From the NCBI GenBank assembly GCA_951406725.2, contig OX597819.1, forward strand, positions 11,594,001 to 11,658,000: a stretch of DNA of 64,000 bases. Reading direction: 5' to 3'. This document shows, in pieces, positions 27,844 to 42,183 of the stretch. A model generated the notes under the pieces. The model searched no databases. It saw only the letters and a program-made list of their open reading frames with translations, and was not told where the DNA came from. The DNA comes from Octopus vulgaris. Taxonomy: Eukaryota. A program made the translations under genes and the position numbers. Every line of letters begins with the position of its first letter. Within the stretch, counting starts at the first letter, position 1.

Positions 27844-28228
27844 GTGGAGGCGCAATGGCCCAGTGGTTAGGGCAGCGAAATCGCGGTCATAGGATCGCGG
27901 TTTCAATTCCCAGACCGGGAGTTGTGAGTGTTTATTGAGCGAAAACACCTAAAACTCCACGAGGCTCCGGCAGGGGATGGTGGTGATCCCTGCTGTACTC
28001 TTTCACCACAACTTTCTCTCACTCTTACTTCCTGTTTCTGTTGTACCTGTATTTCAAGGGGCCGGCCTTGTCACTCTCTTTGTCACGCTGAATATCCCCG
28101 AGAACTACGTTAAGGGTACACGTGTCTGTGGAGTGCTCAGCCACTTACACGTTAATTTCACGAGCAGGCTGTTCCGTTGATTCGGTTCAACCGGAACCCT
28201 CGTCGTCGTAACCGACGGAGTGCTTCCA
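27844..28228 (+). mobile_element. tRNA-headed SINE family A with TSD tgtataaatt
   Basis: A-box TGGCCCAGTGG, B-box-like GGTTTCAATTCC; full length ~385 bp. Confidence 0.92.
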
Positions 28229-28524
28229 ATGTATAAATTATGCATATATTGATTGTGTATTTAAGGTATACTGGTTGGATTGAGAATACTGTAGCCAAAA
28301 TCTAACAGGAAAAGCGTTCCAGCACACGATCTCAGATCAGGTCACTTGCTATGCAAGTACATCTCCGTTATATTTATCACAAATAGAAATCTGGTATTAA
28401 CTATCCAGTGCAGGACTTGAAAATATTCGGTAAATATCAATAAAAACAACTAATGTAACGTCTATAAAATACTAATAAAACAAAAAAACTGTTTTCTGTT
28501 TCCGACAAGTGAGAGCTTAAAGTC

Positions 28525-28893
28525 GTGGCACTCCGTCGGTTGCGACGACGAGGGTTCCAGTTGATCCGATCAACAGAACACCCTGCTCTTGAAATTAACG
28601 TGCAAATGGCTGAGCACTCTACAGACCCGTGTTCTCGGGGAGATTCAGCGTGACACAGAATGTGACAAGGCTGGCCCTTTGAAATATAGGTACAAGAGAA
28701 ACAGGAAGAAAGTGTGAGAGAAAGTTGTGGTGGAAGAATACAACAGGGCTCGCCACCACCCCCTGCCGGAGCCTCGTGGAGATTTAGGTGTTTTCGCTCA
28801 ATAAACACTCACAACGCCTGGTCTGGGAATCGAAACCGCGATCCTATGACCACGAGTTCACTGCCCTAACCACTGGGCCATTGCGCCTCCACA
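28525..28893 (-). mobile_element. SINE family A
   Basis: Inverted copy ~300 bp downstream of 27844-28228. Confidence 0.9.
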
Positions 28894-30125
28894 GCGGCTA
28901 AAGTAATAGACAAGTGTAGGGAGATATTTAAAAAAAGCAACAACAGCAATTATGGATAAGTTAAAACTAAGCTGAAACTGGGGCCACAGAGGGACAAGCA
29001 AAGTCTCGGCATGGAGATTAGCAAAAAGAAATTAAAGACAGTGGAAACGGATAAAGAATAGTCGTGGCGCTGGCTGAGAAAAGCATGAATATATAACAGT
29101 GTTTGAAGAATTTCTGATTGCCACACCTTTACGAGAAGCAACCACCAAAAGCAAGTAATGAACAAGAATAGAATAAGTGAAAAATACGGAGAGAAAGAAC
29201 AATTAACAACATTGTATTGGGCTCCCCCGGTTTTAGACGAGAGTGAGTCGGGGTGTTCTTACGCGGGGTGGTACAGCAGCGTTGCGAGATACTAATAGAA
29301 AGGTGGTTCTATACGCATAAAGTAGGAAAGGTGTGCGTAAACGAGAAAGCAACCAGTGTCTGTGATATACTCATGTTCATACACTGAAAGGTCAAGGGTT
29401 ATCGACTGGATATTTTTGTCTATGATTGCCAGGAAAAGAGGTGCCTCCTGACCAAAGTATTTAGGTTTATCAGACGATAATGTATCTCGAAAAGAAATCT
29501 AAAAATTATCCAAATGTAATGATCGTAAAATAGAGATAACCTGAATGTGGGGGCTAAAAAGAGATTATTGTGAAGAATAATACGAACCTCGGGGGATTGG
29601 TTTAAAAATACATAACTGCAGCAATAAGTATACATAACACACAAAAAATAGAACTAAATGCAGAAATAACATGATTTCAAAATAGACACACCATGTTCGT
29701 ACTGAATGTACGTCAAGGCACGTGGCTTAGTGGTTAGGACATTTGACTCACGATCATATTGTTGTGAGTTCGATTCGTGGTGCTGCGTTGTGTCCTTTTC
29801 ATACGGCCAACCTTGTCATAGTTTGTATGATGCTGAAACACTAAGAATTTCAAGAGGATCAGCTGGGACAGTTGAGTGAGAGTAGGTAGAGGACTTTCGA
29901 TTCATTAGAAAGTACACAAGTAGGATCTGTGATTTTGTGCAAATCCAAAATTGCGTAGAGACGCAGTAAAAATAGGACTGCAAGATGATGTTGTTGTTGA
30001 TGATGATGATGATGATGATGATGACTATGGAGATGATGCTTTCTTCTATAGACACAAGGTTGAAATTTGGGTGGGGGAGGGGTGTCGTCGATTACATCAA
30101 CTTCAGTGCTCAAGCTGTATATAAG

Positions 30126-30595
30126 CTATATATGGAAGCACAACTGAATGACAACAGGAAAAACCTGGTATAAGCATTCTCCACAAAAGGTCTCAGAAAA
30201 TGACAAAGCAACCATATTGTGGAGTATACCAATACACACAGATAGAGAGATCAAGGCAAATACGCCAGATATTGTTGTCAGAGACCACCAAAATGGAAAA
30301 TGTCTTCTAATCATCATATCAGTCCCAACAGATGATACTGTGTCTCGAAAACAAAAAGAATACACAGATCTGGAAATGGAGATCACACGAATGTAGGATC
30401 TGAAGGCACAAATAAACCCTGTCATAGTAGGTGCATTAAGTATGGTTAGAAAACATACAGACAAATACATAACCAAAACACCAGGACTTACGAATATATA
30501 TATAACAAACAGTAAATAGTAGTGGTAGGTACCGCACACATCCCATGTAAAGTACTTTCAATACAGTAAAAACAACACCAAAACAAACCAAAACA

Positions 30596-30596
<1 letters not shown>
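30126..30596 (+). mobile_element. Dong/R4-type non-LTR retrotransposon 3' fragment (REL endonuclease), followed by (AAT)n
   Basis: WYKHSPQKVSENDKATILW..PIHTDREIKANTPDIVV...KCLLI, then DLEMEI and PVIVGAL; disrupted frame. Confidence 0.8.
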
Positions 30597-30655
<59 letters not shown>

Positions 30656-30656
<1 letters not shown>

Positions 30657-31258
30657 TCTTTAATTAGCCACAGGGATGGCTAAAACAAAGTCGATGGGAG
30701 CTTGACCGAAGAGGAAGCTGTCTTTCCTCATTCCTTTCAGCCTTGTCTACCATACAACTTCTTTCGCTATGGCCACTAGACAAAGGAACACTGCCCGTCC
30801 TGCTTTGTTAAAGGTGGGTGCTAGGGTGATCCTCACGATAAATTCTGCCGATAGTAGGATTTTCCCGACACGCGATAACAGCTGTTCGATATACCTCAAC
30901 AAGTCAGCAGAACTCGGACACTGCACAAGTGCATGCGGAACGGTTTCCTCGCTCTGAGCGCATCTCGGACACTCTCGCTCAACAACGGTTTTCCGTGCCT
31001 GTAAAGCATATTTCGAACTGGCAGTGTTCCTTGGTAGCACTGCCAGACCAGGGATTTCTGAAAGTTATCAATGATACTACCAGGCCCGAGTGTCCTCTGA
31101 AACAGACCAGCAAGTTGATCCTCGTTGACGCCTAGGGTTTTCCCCGAGAATGTCATCGCTCTTACCCACCACTAGATTTCTATATATTGTTACCCCAGAA
31201 CTTCCACCGACCGTATTGTTCGACTGGTAGAGAGCAGTGAGCGCCTGGCAATATTCCA
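30656..31258 (-). mobile_element. Tx1/L1-group LINE 3' fragment (C-terminal zinc-binding region)
   Basis: FQKSLVWQCYQGTLPVR..LYRHG then, frameshifted, CPRCAQSEETVPHALVQC. Confidence 0.78.
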
Positions 31259-31401
31259 GAATAATTTCTACAATTGGCACAAGGCCTGAAATTTTGGGGG
31301 GAGAAGGGTGGTCGATTATATCACAGCGGAATTTGAACTTAGATAGTAATGCGCCAGAAAAATTAACACGGACTGTTTCAACTAAGGACGACGGCAGCAA
31401 C

Positions 31402-31752
31402 GGTGGTGGTGCTGCTGTCGGTGACGGCGGCGGCGGTGGTGGTGGTGGTGGTGGTGGTGCTGGTGGTGCTGGTGGTGCTGGTGCTGATGCTGGTGCTAGT
31501 GGTGCTGGTGGTGCTGGTGGTGGTGGCGGCGACGGCGGCGACGGCGGCGACGGCGGCGACGGCGGCGGCGGCGGCGGCGGTGGTGGTGGTGGTGGTGGTG
31601 GTGGTGGTGGCGGCGGCGGCGGTGGTGGTGGTGACGGTGGTGGTGATGGTGGTGGTGGTGTCGGCGGCGGCAGCGGTGGTGGTGGTGACGGTGGTGGTGA
31701 TGGTGGTGGTGGTGTCGGCGGCGGCAGCGGTGGTGGTGGTGATGGTGGTGGT
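31402..31752. repeat. (GGT/GGC)n array with higher-order duplication
   Basis: Direct reading; source of the Gly, Val and His ORFs. Confidence 0.9.
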
Positions 31753-32301
31753 TATGCGTTCGTGCGCGGGTGGGGGGTGCTGCTATTGCTGCCAATCTAC
31801 CAGGTATTGCTAAATGTAAACACACCTCTACAGGAAACGTAGAGGCAGACAGAATATGACAAGTATTTATCTGTTGTCTGAAAAATATCAGACATTCCTT
31901 TACAAGAAGCTGTCAAATATAACCGACAAGGGGCGTAGATAGCAAGTAGAGAATACATATATATTGTATGCGAAGCTGTTGACTATCTCACGATCTACAC
32001 AGTCATGAGGGTGTAAGATTGTACAGGCGATGTGTATATAATAATGAATTGCAACAAATATCACTGAAAATGACTTCAAGGAAGCCAATCTGAATTACTG
32101 TGAGTTAACTGCTGAGTAAGATGATAAAGAAATCATTTAAAATAATTAGGCATCGATATTAAAGATTTCCTACACAAACCTTTATGTCTTAATGTGAACA
32201 TATTAATTTTTGAGGGAATATTTATTTTTTTAAATTTCCGCATAAACTATATCTATTAATATTGAATGACATAAGACTCCCAATTAGTCTTGATGCAGCA
32301 G

Positions 32302-32718
32302 AAGGCGGCGAGCTGGCAGAACCGTTAGCACGCCGAGCGAAATGCCTAGTGGTATTTTGTCTGTCGTTACGTTCTGAGTTCAAATTCCGCCGAGGTCGAC
32401 TTTGCCTTTCATCCTTTCGGGGTCGATTAAATAAGTACCAGTTACGCACTGGGGTCGATGTAATCGACTTAGTCCGTTTTTCAGTCCTTGTTTGTCCTCA
32501 CTGTGTTTGGCCCCTTGTGGGTAGTAAAGAAATAGGTATTTCGTCTGCCGTTACGTTCTGAGTTCAAATTCCGCCGAGGTCGACTTTGCCTTTTCATTTT
32601 CGGGGTCGATAAATTAAGTACCAGTTATGCACTGGGGTCGATGTAATCGACTTAATCCCTTTGTCTGTCCTTGTTTGTCCCCTCTATGTTTACCCCCTTA
32701 TGGGCAATAAAGAAATAA
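32302..32718 (+). mobile_element. SINE family C with duplicated 3' module
   Basis: Same structure as 17826-18238. Confidence 0.9.
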
Positions 32719-33177
32719 AAAAGACTGCTGACCTATGCTGCCTTAAGGCATGGACATATTAGGCAGTTGCCCGGGAGCCTCACAGGTCAAGGGGCCCAAT
32801 TCAGATCTCTGTATTCTGTGGTTTGTTGCTAATAAGTATATAGTATAGGGCCTTGTGTATTGATTTGCCCGGGAACCAATAATGCAGCTTCGACAGCCCT
32901 GCTAATGATCAAATGTGTTCCAGCTGTGGCCATCTTTTTCCTTTTGTTTAGATATAATGTGCGGTATCCATATACGAACGGTTCTCTAGATGAATAAATT
33001 CAATAGTGAACGGTTTTTTCAGGAGAAAATTAAAGTGGCAGGACAATCTAAAATTTGATCAACGAATTACGAGCAGACTACGCACGCGTTAAGTAACTGC
33101 GAGCCCATTCGCATAACCGAGCCGAAATTTGAGCAACGAACTGTAAATAGACTATGTACACGTATATATGATACTCT

Positions 33178-33394
33178 CTCTTTTACTCTTTTACTCTTTT
33201 ACTTGTTTCAGTCATTTGACTGCGGCCATGCTGGAGCGCCGCCTTTAATCGAGCATCTCGACCCCGGGACTTATTCTTTTGTAAGCCCAGTACTTATTCT
33301 ATCGGTCTCTTTTGCGGAACCGCTAAGAAACGGGGACATAAACACACCAGCATCGGTTATCAAGCAATTCTAGGGGGACAAACACAGACACACG

Positions 33395-33480
<86 letters not shown>

Positions 33481-33647
33481 TACGACGGGCTTCTTTCAGT
33501 TTCCGTCTACCAAATCCACTCACAAGGCTTTGGTCGGCCCGAGGCTATAGCAGAAGACACTTGCCCCAAGGTGCCACGCAGTGGGACTGAACCCGGAACC
33601 ATGTGGTTGGTAAATAAGCTACTTACCACACAGCCACTCCTGCGCCT
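33178..33647 (-). mobile_element. SINE family B, full length
   Basis: Head at 33647, internal (CA)n(TA)n, (gtaaaaga)n tail. Confidence 0.92.
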
Positions 33648-33943
33648 ATGATGGGAGAGCATATACGAATGTTTCATTAACATCCGTATACGGATTTCAT
33701 ATCGTTGGTAATTTTTCATATTTTATATCCAAAATAACAATATTTCTCATATTTTTTGCTAAAAACCTAATATTCATCTACAGAAGCAAGACAAAGGGGA
33801 AGACGCGTGCGCACGCGAGCACACACAGAGTCGTATATCTATGTATGTATTTATGTATGTATGTACCTACACGTGTGTACGTGCATAGGTACATGATCTA
33901 TACATACACAGACGAGTGTCGATTCAAATGATATGTATATATA

Positions 33944-34184
33944 TATATTAGAAGAAATAAGGTACTCAGAAATCTGGATGGTTTTATATTTACAGATTTT
34001 TATTAATATGTCACATGTTTTTACAAATCATATATAGCGCTTGCATCTACTATAGTGGATTCTTCAGATTCTACTAGAGTAAATGCGAGTGCTAATATAT
34101 GATTTATAAAAACATGTGACATTAATAAAAATGTGTAAATATAAAACCATCCAGATTTTTGAGTACCTTATTTCTTCTAATATA
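33944..34184. repeat. ~240-bp fold-back element between (TA)n tracts
   Basis: tattagaagaaataaggtactca... mirrored by ...tgagtaccttatttcttctaata; pairing extends almost to the centre. Confidence 0.88.
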
Positions 34185-34214
34185 TAATACCTGTACATCA
34201 CCTCCAAACCTTCT

Positions 34215-34285
<71 letters not shown>

Positions 34286-34316
34286 AAATTAAACCTGTAC
34301 ATCACCTCCAAACCTT

Positions 34317-34384
<68 letters not shown>

Positions 34385-34388
<4 letters not shown>

Positions 34389-34490
34389 AAATTAAAGCAT
34401 AAAATCTTTATAAGAAATTATCAGTAGTAGTTAGGTTTTTCACGCTAACTACTGATAATTTCTTATAAAGATTTTATCCTTAATTTTAAA
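34385..34490. repeat. ~50-bp-arm hairpin abutting (TA)n
   Basis: 34385-34434 versus 34445-34490. Confidence 0.85.
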
Positions 34491-34906
34491 TTTATATTTT
34501 TCACCGGAATAGTTCAATACTGAATTTTTGTTCCGAATAGGCAGATTGTTACCGAAATGCATTGCGAATAAGCCCGCCATTTTCATAGATATGTAAAGAT
34601 AAACATTCGTACATGCTACGACGAATTCTACGGTTGGCTGTCGGGTATGCTATATTGTGTTTTTTCCTTGCATGTCTTGAGTTCGTTGCACTGAGGAGCA
34701 TAGAATGCATATTCTGCATTGATTGTGAAATCACAGGTTATATGTAACTAAATTCTGTTTTTAAATGACTCGCTTTGAAGTTTTGCATTCGGTACAATTT
34801 GTTTATTTTAGTAGTTTTGACTGCAAGAGTCCCTCCTAGCGTGCGGTACCTATGAATAATAGTACCCTCTATATAATATAAATATATATATATATATTTA
34901 TGTATG

Positions 34907-34969
<63 letters not shown>

Positions 34970-35235
34970 GGGGGGGTTGTATGTCTGTATGTATATATAT
35001 ATATATATATATATAAATTCAAATAGAGTTTAAAACAACTTCATTAACGGATAAAAAAAAATATGTAATGAATTACTGGTTTGTTGCCTATTATTTTTTT
35101 GTGAATAGTAATATTCTTAAAATAGTGGGTTTAGTTATAAATCTTGGTTTATAAATGTTGAGATGTTTTGAAAGAATAACATCTAATAACCTAACGGTAT
35201 GCATGCATACATACATACATACATACATACATACA

Positions 35236-35269
<34 letters not shown>

Positions 35270-35350
35270 CATGTATGTATATACATACATACATACATAC
35301 ATACATACATACATACATACATACATACATACATACATACATACATACAT

Positions 35351-35652
35351 AGTGGTGGACTGTCCTGACACAGACGACAGATGAGGTCCTGCAACTTCTC
35401 GCCGAACAACCTACACTGATGATTTTTTGATAAGGATTAGATGTTTATGCTGCACAATAGCTGACTCCCTTCCATCAAATCGACGTTGCCTGGACACTTG
35501 CGCAAGAGCACCGCACCGCAGGAGTGGAAGCGATTGCAGATCAACGTGAAATGAGATATCTTGCTCAAGAGCACAGCCGCACCCATTGCTCCAGGAGTCG
35601 TAACCTTGATCATGCGAGCTTGAACTCAACACTCTAACCATTCGGCCACATA
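35351..35652 (-). mobile_element. Diverged tRNA-headed SINE (fourth family)
   Basis: Minus head tgtggccgaatggttag; body resembles 46930-47170. Confidence 0.55.
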
Positions 35653-35849
35653 TCTTCGAAACGTGGAGTAGTTGAAACAGGGACAACTGAAGAAGGGGAA
35701 TATTCTTTGTCGTATGTCTCGTTTCTCATTGTGTTCAACGTTTTTTTTTTTATGTCCTGTACCCATATATGTATACATATAAGCGTAGGTATGTATATAT
35801 ATGTATATATGACTATATTTATATATTTTTATATTATTATTTATATATG

Positions 35850-35896
<47 letters not shown>

Positions 35897-35904
35897 TACA
35901 AAAT

Positions 35905-36197
35905 AATTTCTTTTCCTCAACAGGCCTTGCCCTATTTAACATCGTCCCGAAAGAGATCAAAGAGGAACAGGATCCCATCAACTTTAAACGGAGTCTGGAT
36001 ATTCTCCTTCAAGGAATACCAGATAAGCCACCCATTATTGGATACAACTCACCCAACAAAAACTCACTACTTGAATGGACCATAAACAAAACTTGACTTA
36101 AACAGGATTCAAAATAATCCTATCAGGTGGTGCTATTAAGTTAGACATGGCCTGGACCAATCATTGGTCGAAACATATCTAAGTTTATCTAAGTTTA
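35905..36197 (+). mobile_element. 3' end of CR1-group LINE (5'-truncated)
   Basis: FSSTGLALFNIVPKEIKEEQDPINFKRSLD..GIPDKP..NSLLEW; (atctaagttt)2 tail. Confidence 0.75.
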
Positions 36198-36689
36198 TAT
36201 ATGCTTGTGTGTGTGTACAGTGATGGATTCAAATATTTTGTTTATTTATGACTTGGCTTTTAATTTCATCGGAGAATAAATACCTATAATAGTAATAAAT
36301 AAATAAATAAATAAATTCTTTAATCGAACTTTAAAATGTCCCGATAAGCAAATGGTCTTATTATTAATATCCTACGACGAACTACAGTACGTTTCATTCG
36401 CCCGCCATCATTGAAAGACGTTGAAAACTCTTATCAAATTCTATGCAATATTTTATCAAGTCTACTTTCAGCTGTCATCTGCTTAAGCTTCTAATCCTGT
36501 TTTAGTCAAACACTTACAAAGCCTAATTCAATTAAAAAAGCTTGGGTAAGTAACGCATTGTAAGCCACACTGTTATTCGCCAGAAAATTTATCTACGTGC
36601 AGGGCGCGCATCGTCCCCCCATCCCCGACGTCTTTTCTTTCATTGTTATTGTAATTGTTGTCGTTGTAGTTCTTGTTGTTACTTTTAGC

Positions 36690-36704
36690 GGTGGTGGTGG
36701 TAGT

Positions 36705-36735
<31 letters not shown>

Positions 36736-37017
36736 ATGGCGGTGGCAGTGGTAGTGGTGCTGGTGGTGGTCGTGGTGGTGGTCGTCGTCGTCGTTGTGGC
36801 GGCGGTGCTAGTGGTGGTGGCGGCGGCGGCGGTGGTGACGGCAGTGGCGGTGGTGGTGGTGGTGGCGGTGGCGGCGGTGGTGACGGCGGTGGTGACGGTG
36901 GTGGTGGTGGTGGTGGTGGTGATCATCGTCGTCGTCGTCGTGGCTGTAGCGGCGGTGGTTGTGGTAGTGGCTGTCGTGGCGTCGGTGCTGGCAGAAGTAG
37001 TGTTGGTGGTGGTGTTG

Positions 37018-37049
<32 letters not shown>

Positions 37050-37078
37050 GGTGGTGGTGGTGGCGGCGGCGGTGCTGG
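36690..37078. repeat. (GGT/GGC)n low-complexity array
   Basis: Direct reading. Confidence 0.9.
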
Positions 37079-37319
37079 TATTGCTTAGCCCGAGAACAGT
37101 CCTGATCAAAAGCACTGAAGCCATGGCTAGACAATCTTGTTTACAGGTGTAAAGGACTGCAGTGTGTAATGTCGCCATTTCTAATTTCAGACTGGGGGGT
37201 GGTGGCTGAGCGAGATCTGTATACTATTTCTTGCATGTCGAGAGACCACTTAGATTATCCCTCGCTGGCTTTAAGGGAACTATTGCTGTTATTGTAGTTA
37301 TTGTAGCGATTTAGTTCTT

Positions 37320-37780
<461 letters not shown>

Positions 37781-38106
37781 GTGGCATAGTGGTTAAGAGC
37801 GCGAGCTACTGATCCCAAGATTCCGAGTTCGATTCCAGGCAGTGTCCGGAAGAAGAAGAAGAAGAAGAAGAAGAAGAAGAAGAAGAAGAAGAAGAAGAAG
37901 AAGAAGAAGAAGAAGAAGAAGAAGAAGAAGAAGATCGAAAAATGCCTTAGGAATGAGAACCCAGGTTCGAAATTTCCCCAAGACACTTGATGAAGGCTGG
38001 AAGGTATATCAGCCGAAATGTTGTGTTAACAACAAACAAGATGAGGAGAAATATCCATCAAATGTAAATAATGTACATAATTCCTCATCTCTTAAATATT
38101 GAACTG
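37781..38106 (+). mobile_element. tRNA-headed, hammerhead-bearing SINE-like element (copy 2)
   Basis: Head tggcatagtggttaag...gagttcgattccagg, (GAA)n spacer, then gacac-TTGATGA-aggctg..cagcc-GAAA-tgtt-gtgtt (37982-38027). Confidence 0.8.
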
Positions 38107-38344
38107 TATTTAGCCCTTGGTCAGCCCTAATAGAACAAACCTGTAATCAAAATTAATCCGACCATGACACCCCCCTCCCCAGCTGTTTTACTAGCCGACC
38201 TCTGTATTAACCAATTGTTTCTTTCTCTGTTTCAGATTGTACGGAAGGATTTGTAGAAGATTTCACTGACATTTCTAGCAGATGAAGTGACTTAGTAGAG
38301 GCCGTTCTCGATGTTGATGGTGCTGGTGATGATGGGACGAGGGG

Positions 38345-38385
38345 GATGACGTTGGTTATACTGCTAGTGATGGTCATGATGATGT

Positions 38386-38468
<83 letters not shown>

Positions 38469-38700
38469 GCGGCGGCGGTGGCGGCGATAATGATGAAGAG
38501 GACGACGTCGACGGTGGCGACGAGGGGGAGGAGAGGAGAGGGATGAGGATGGTAGTAGTGGTAATAGTGATGATGATGGTTGTGGTGGTTGAGGTGGTGA
38601 TGACGACGACGACGATGATGACGACGACGATGATGATGAGAATGATATTGATGATGATGATGATGATGAGAGTGAGGATGATGATAATGCTGACTGATGA
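38345..38700. repeat. (GAC)n/(GAT)n low-complexity tract
   Basis: Direct reading. Confidence 0.9.
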
Positions 38701-38939
38701 GGCAGACGAGTGTTTACACTGACCGGGATTACCAACTGTTAAGATGTTTACCACTTTATACACGCCGTTTAAACACAAGTCTGCCAATTAGCGTAAACAC
38801 ACACATACACACACGCGCATGTGCACACACACTCATTCACACACGCACACACACATAATTGTGTTGCATACAGGCGAATACGCAAATATACACATGCATT
38901 CACTTGTCACACCTATTCACTCATGCACGCGCATACACT

Positions 38940-39295
38940 CACATATACATACATACATTCATACATACACATAAATATACACATACAAACTTATAAATAC
39001 ATATGTACATACACACACACACACATACATACATACACACACACATACATACATATACACACATACATAAATACATGCATACATACATACAAACATACAT
39101 ACATACAAACATGCACACATACATACATACAAGCATACACACATACATACATACAAACATGCACACATACATACATACAAACATGCACACATACGTACAT
39201 ACAAACATGCACACATACATACATACATACATACATACATACATACATACATACATACATACATACATACATACATACATACATACATACATACA
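38940..39295. repeat. (CATA)n with 24-bp higher-order units
   Basis: acatacatacatacaaacatgcac repeated. Confidence 0.88.
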
Positions 39296-39527
39296 AAGGC
39301 GGTGAACTGGCAGAAACGTTAGAACACCAGGCGAAATGCTTAGCGGTATTTCGTCTGCCGTTACGTTCTGAGTTCAAATTCCGCCGAGGTTGACTTTACC
39401 TTTCATCCTTTCGGGGTCGATAAATTAAGTACCAGTTACGCACTGGGGTCGATGTAATCGACTTGATCCGTTTGTCTGTCCTTGTTTGTCCCCTCTGTGT
39501 TTAGCCCCTTGTGGGTAGTAAAGAAAT
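39296..39527 (+). mobile_element. SINE family C inserted in (CATA)n
   Basis: Family motifs; CATA on both sides. Confidence 0.9.
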
Positions 39528-39890
39528 ACATACATACATACATACATACATACATACATACATACATACATACATACATACATACATACATACAAAGACG
39601 CAGGCGTGGTTGTGTGGTAAGAAGCTTGCTTGCAAACCGCATTGTTCCGGGTTCAGTCCCACTGCGAGGCACCTTTGACGAGTATCTTCTACTATAGTAT
39701 CAGTCCAATGCGATAGAAAGGCAAAATTGTCAGTGCATCGAACAAAATATCTGACTGTATTGATTCAGATTGTTTCAGTTCCGAGTTCTTTGTAAGCAGA
39801 ATTGCTTGCTCTGTTTAACACGACCCCCACACACACTCGCCAGGGCCTCTCTGCCACAAATATTCCGTACAGTCGCTGGTATGAAGCTAA

Positions 39891-39924
<34 letters not shown>

Positions 39925-40066
39925 AGTCGGAGGTCTTGGAAAGTAAATTATATTTTGGTTAAATAGTTACTTGTTTGAAAGACTAAAGACAGTAAACAGT
40001 GTTTCACAAGAACTTCCTTCCATCAAATCTAAGATCTTTGCTACTCGGACTTTTTAAAATATATAT

Positions 40067-40270
40067 TACGAAGATGTACTTGCATAGCAAGTGACCTGAT
40101 CTGAGATCGTGTGCTGGAACGAAAACAATTGCAGTGTGAAAGGTGTTTATAAGCCATTTAAGAAACACACAAAATCCGTTAGATTCACTTCAACATTTAA
40201 ATTTAATTTGTCAAAATATTTTCGTTGCTTTGAGACCGCTACCTGTTCGCTGACAAAATTCCGTGCTGCA
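40067..40270 (+). repeat. Interspersed repeat, probably DNA-transposon derived
   Basis: First ~55 bp also present inverted at 28317-28370. Confidence 0.5.
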
Positions 40271-40283
40271 TCTTTTTATATAA

Positions 40284-40520
40284 CCTCAGAGATTTGCGAA
40301 ATTTAGAAGTGGAGGTCTTCAAAGAGCGTCTGGACAGATATTTTATCTTGAAATACTAAATGAACTCACATCGTGGCGGAAGCCACAAGGAAGAGCAGCT
40401 ACTCCAACTTGCGACTTCAACGAAACAGTAGAGAAAAGACACCCGAACACACTGAAAAGCAGTGCTCCAGCATGGCCCCAGCCTCTGGCTGAAACCAGTA
40501 AAAAGGAAAAAGATAAAAGA
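40284..40520 (+). mobile_element. Decayed CR1-group LINE 3' end
   Basis: RDLRNLEVEVFKERLDRY; tail gcagtgctccagcatggccccagcctctggctgaaac. Confidence 0.6.
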
Positions 40521-40593
40521 TAAATGATTATTACTTTTTTAAAAATTATTTTCTCAAATTTGTACATACATATCATATATGTAGATATGTGTC

Positions 40594-41232
<639 letters not shown>

Positions 41233-41267
41233 TATATATAATATATATAAATATATATACATATGAT

Positions 41268-41311
<44 letters not shown>

Positions 41312-41328
41312 TATATATTAGTAAAAAG

Positions 41329-41941
41329 TATATTTGCCATTTAATGTGGCTAACCCTTAAGGGTGGATGCTACTGTAGCTCGTAGCCCCAGGAGGACACC
41401 TCCTCCAGCTGGCTATTAACACACTTTCTGTGTCCGCTCAGAGCTTTATTATTGTTTGTTTCCACTTTTTCGAGATCAGTGACTTTTCGTCACTGCAAAA
41501 CTGATATATATATGTTTGCATCTGGAACCACTTCACATCGACAACCGGTGACTGTCAAGCGCTTATGGCGGGTCAATAGCCAGAAACTCGGGTCCGTGTG
41601 TATCATATCAGGTTGAAGATGGAAAGGATGGCTTCCCTTTGCAAATACTAATAGGGCACAGAAAGTGTGTCAATAGCCAGCTGTAGATGTCTTCCTTGGG
41701 GGCTACAACCTACAGTAGCATCCACCCTTAAGGGTTAGCCATATTTAAGTGGCAAATATATTCACAATGTCGTGCAGCTACCGTTTATACGTCGCTCAGA
41801 GATCTCGAAAAAGTGGAAACAAACAATAATAAAGCTCTGAGCGGACACAGAAAGTGTGTTAATAGCCAGCTGGAGGAGGTGTCCTCCTGGGGCTACGAGC
41901 TACAGTAGCATCCACCCTTCAGGGTTAGCCACATTAAATGG

Positions 41942-41949
<8 letters not shown>
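41329..41949. mobile_element. Fold-back element with 149-bp inverted arms plus an internal direct partial copy
   Basis: 41329-41477 versus 41801-41949 near-perfect; diverged direct copy at 41654-41760; TA flanks. Confidence 0.85.
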
Positions 41950-41979
<30 letters not shown>

Positions 41980-42080
41980 ACAACATAACAAGCTAAAGTA
42001 GCTGGTTTTAAACCTGACACTTGTTCTGCATGGAACAGTCACGTAAAAGTGATTATAGGCTTTTAAATATATACATATAT

Positions 42081-42183
<103 letters not shown>

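Noticed and set aside
27844-27920. SINE heads as tRNA genes
   Set aside because: A/B boxes are present, but there is no intact acceptor stem or terminator, and they are fused to repeated bodies with TSDs.
31237-31842. 201-aa glycine-rich ORF
   Set aside because: The N-terminus derives from LINE/SINE fragments and the rest is a GGT/GGC array open in several frames.
32735-32902. hAT-like MITE ending in GCCCTG
   Set aside because: Only one plausible terminus and no TSD.
34527-34570. Hammerhead-like CCGAATA...GAAA-tgca-TT
   Set aside because: The invariant G of the core is changed and both stems are weak.
36573-37178. Thr/Ala-rich mucin-like ORF
   Set aside because: Trinucleotide array open in multiple frames on both strands; no splice or domain support.
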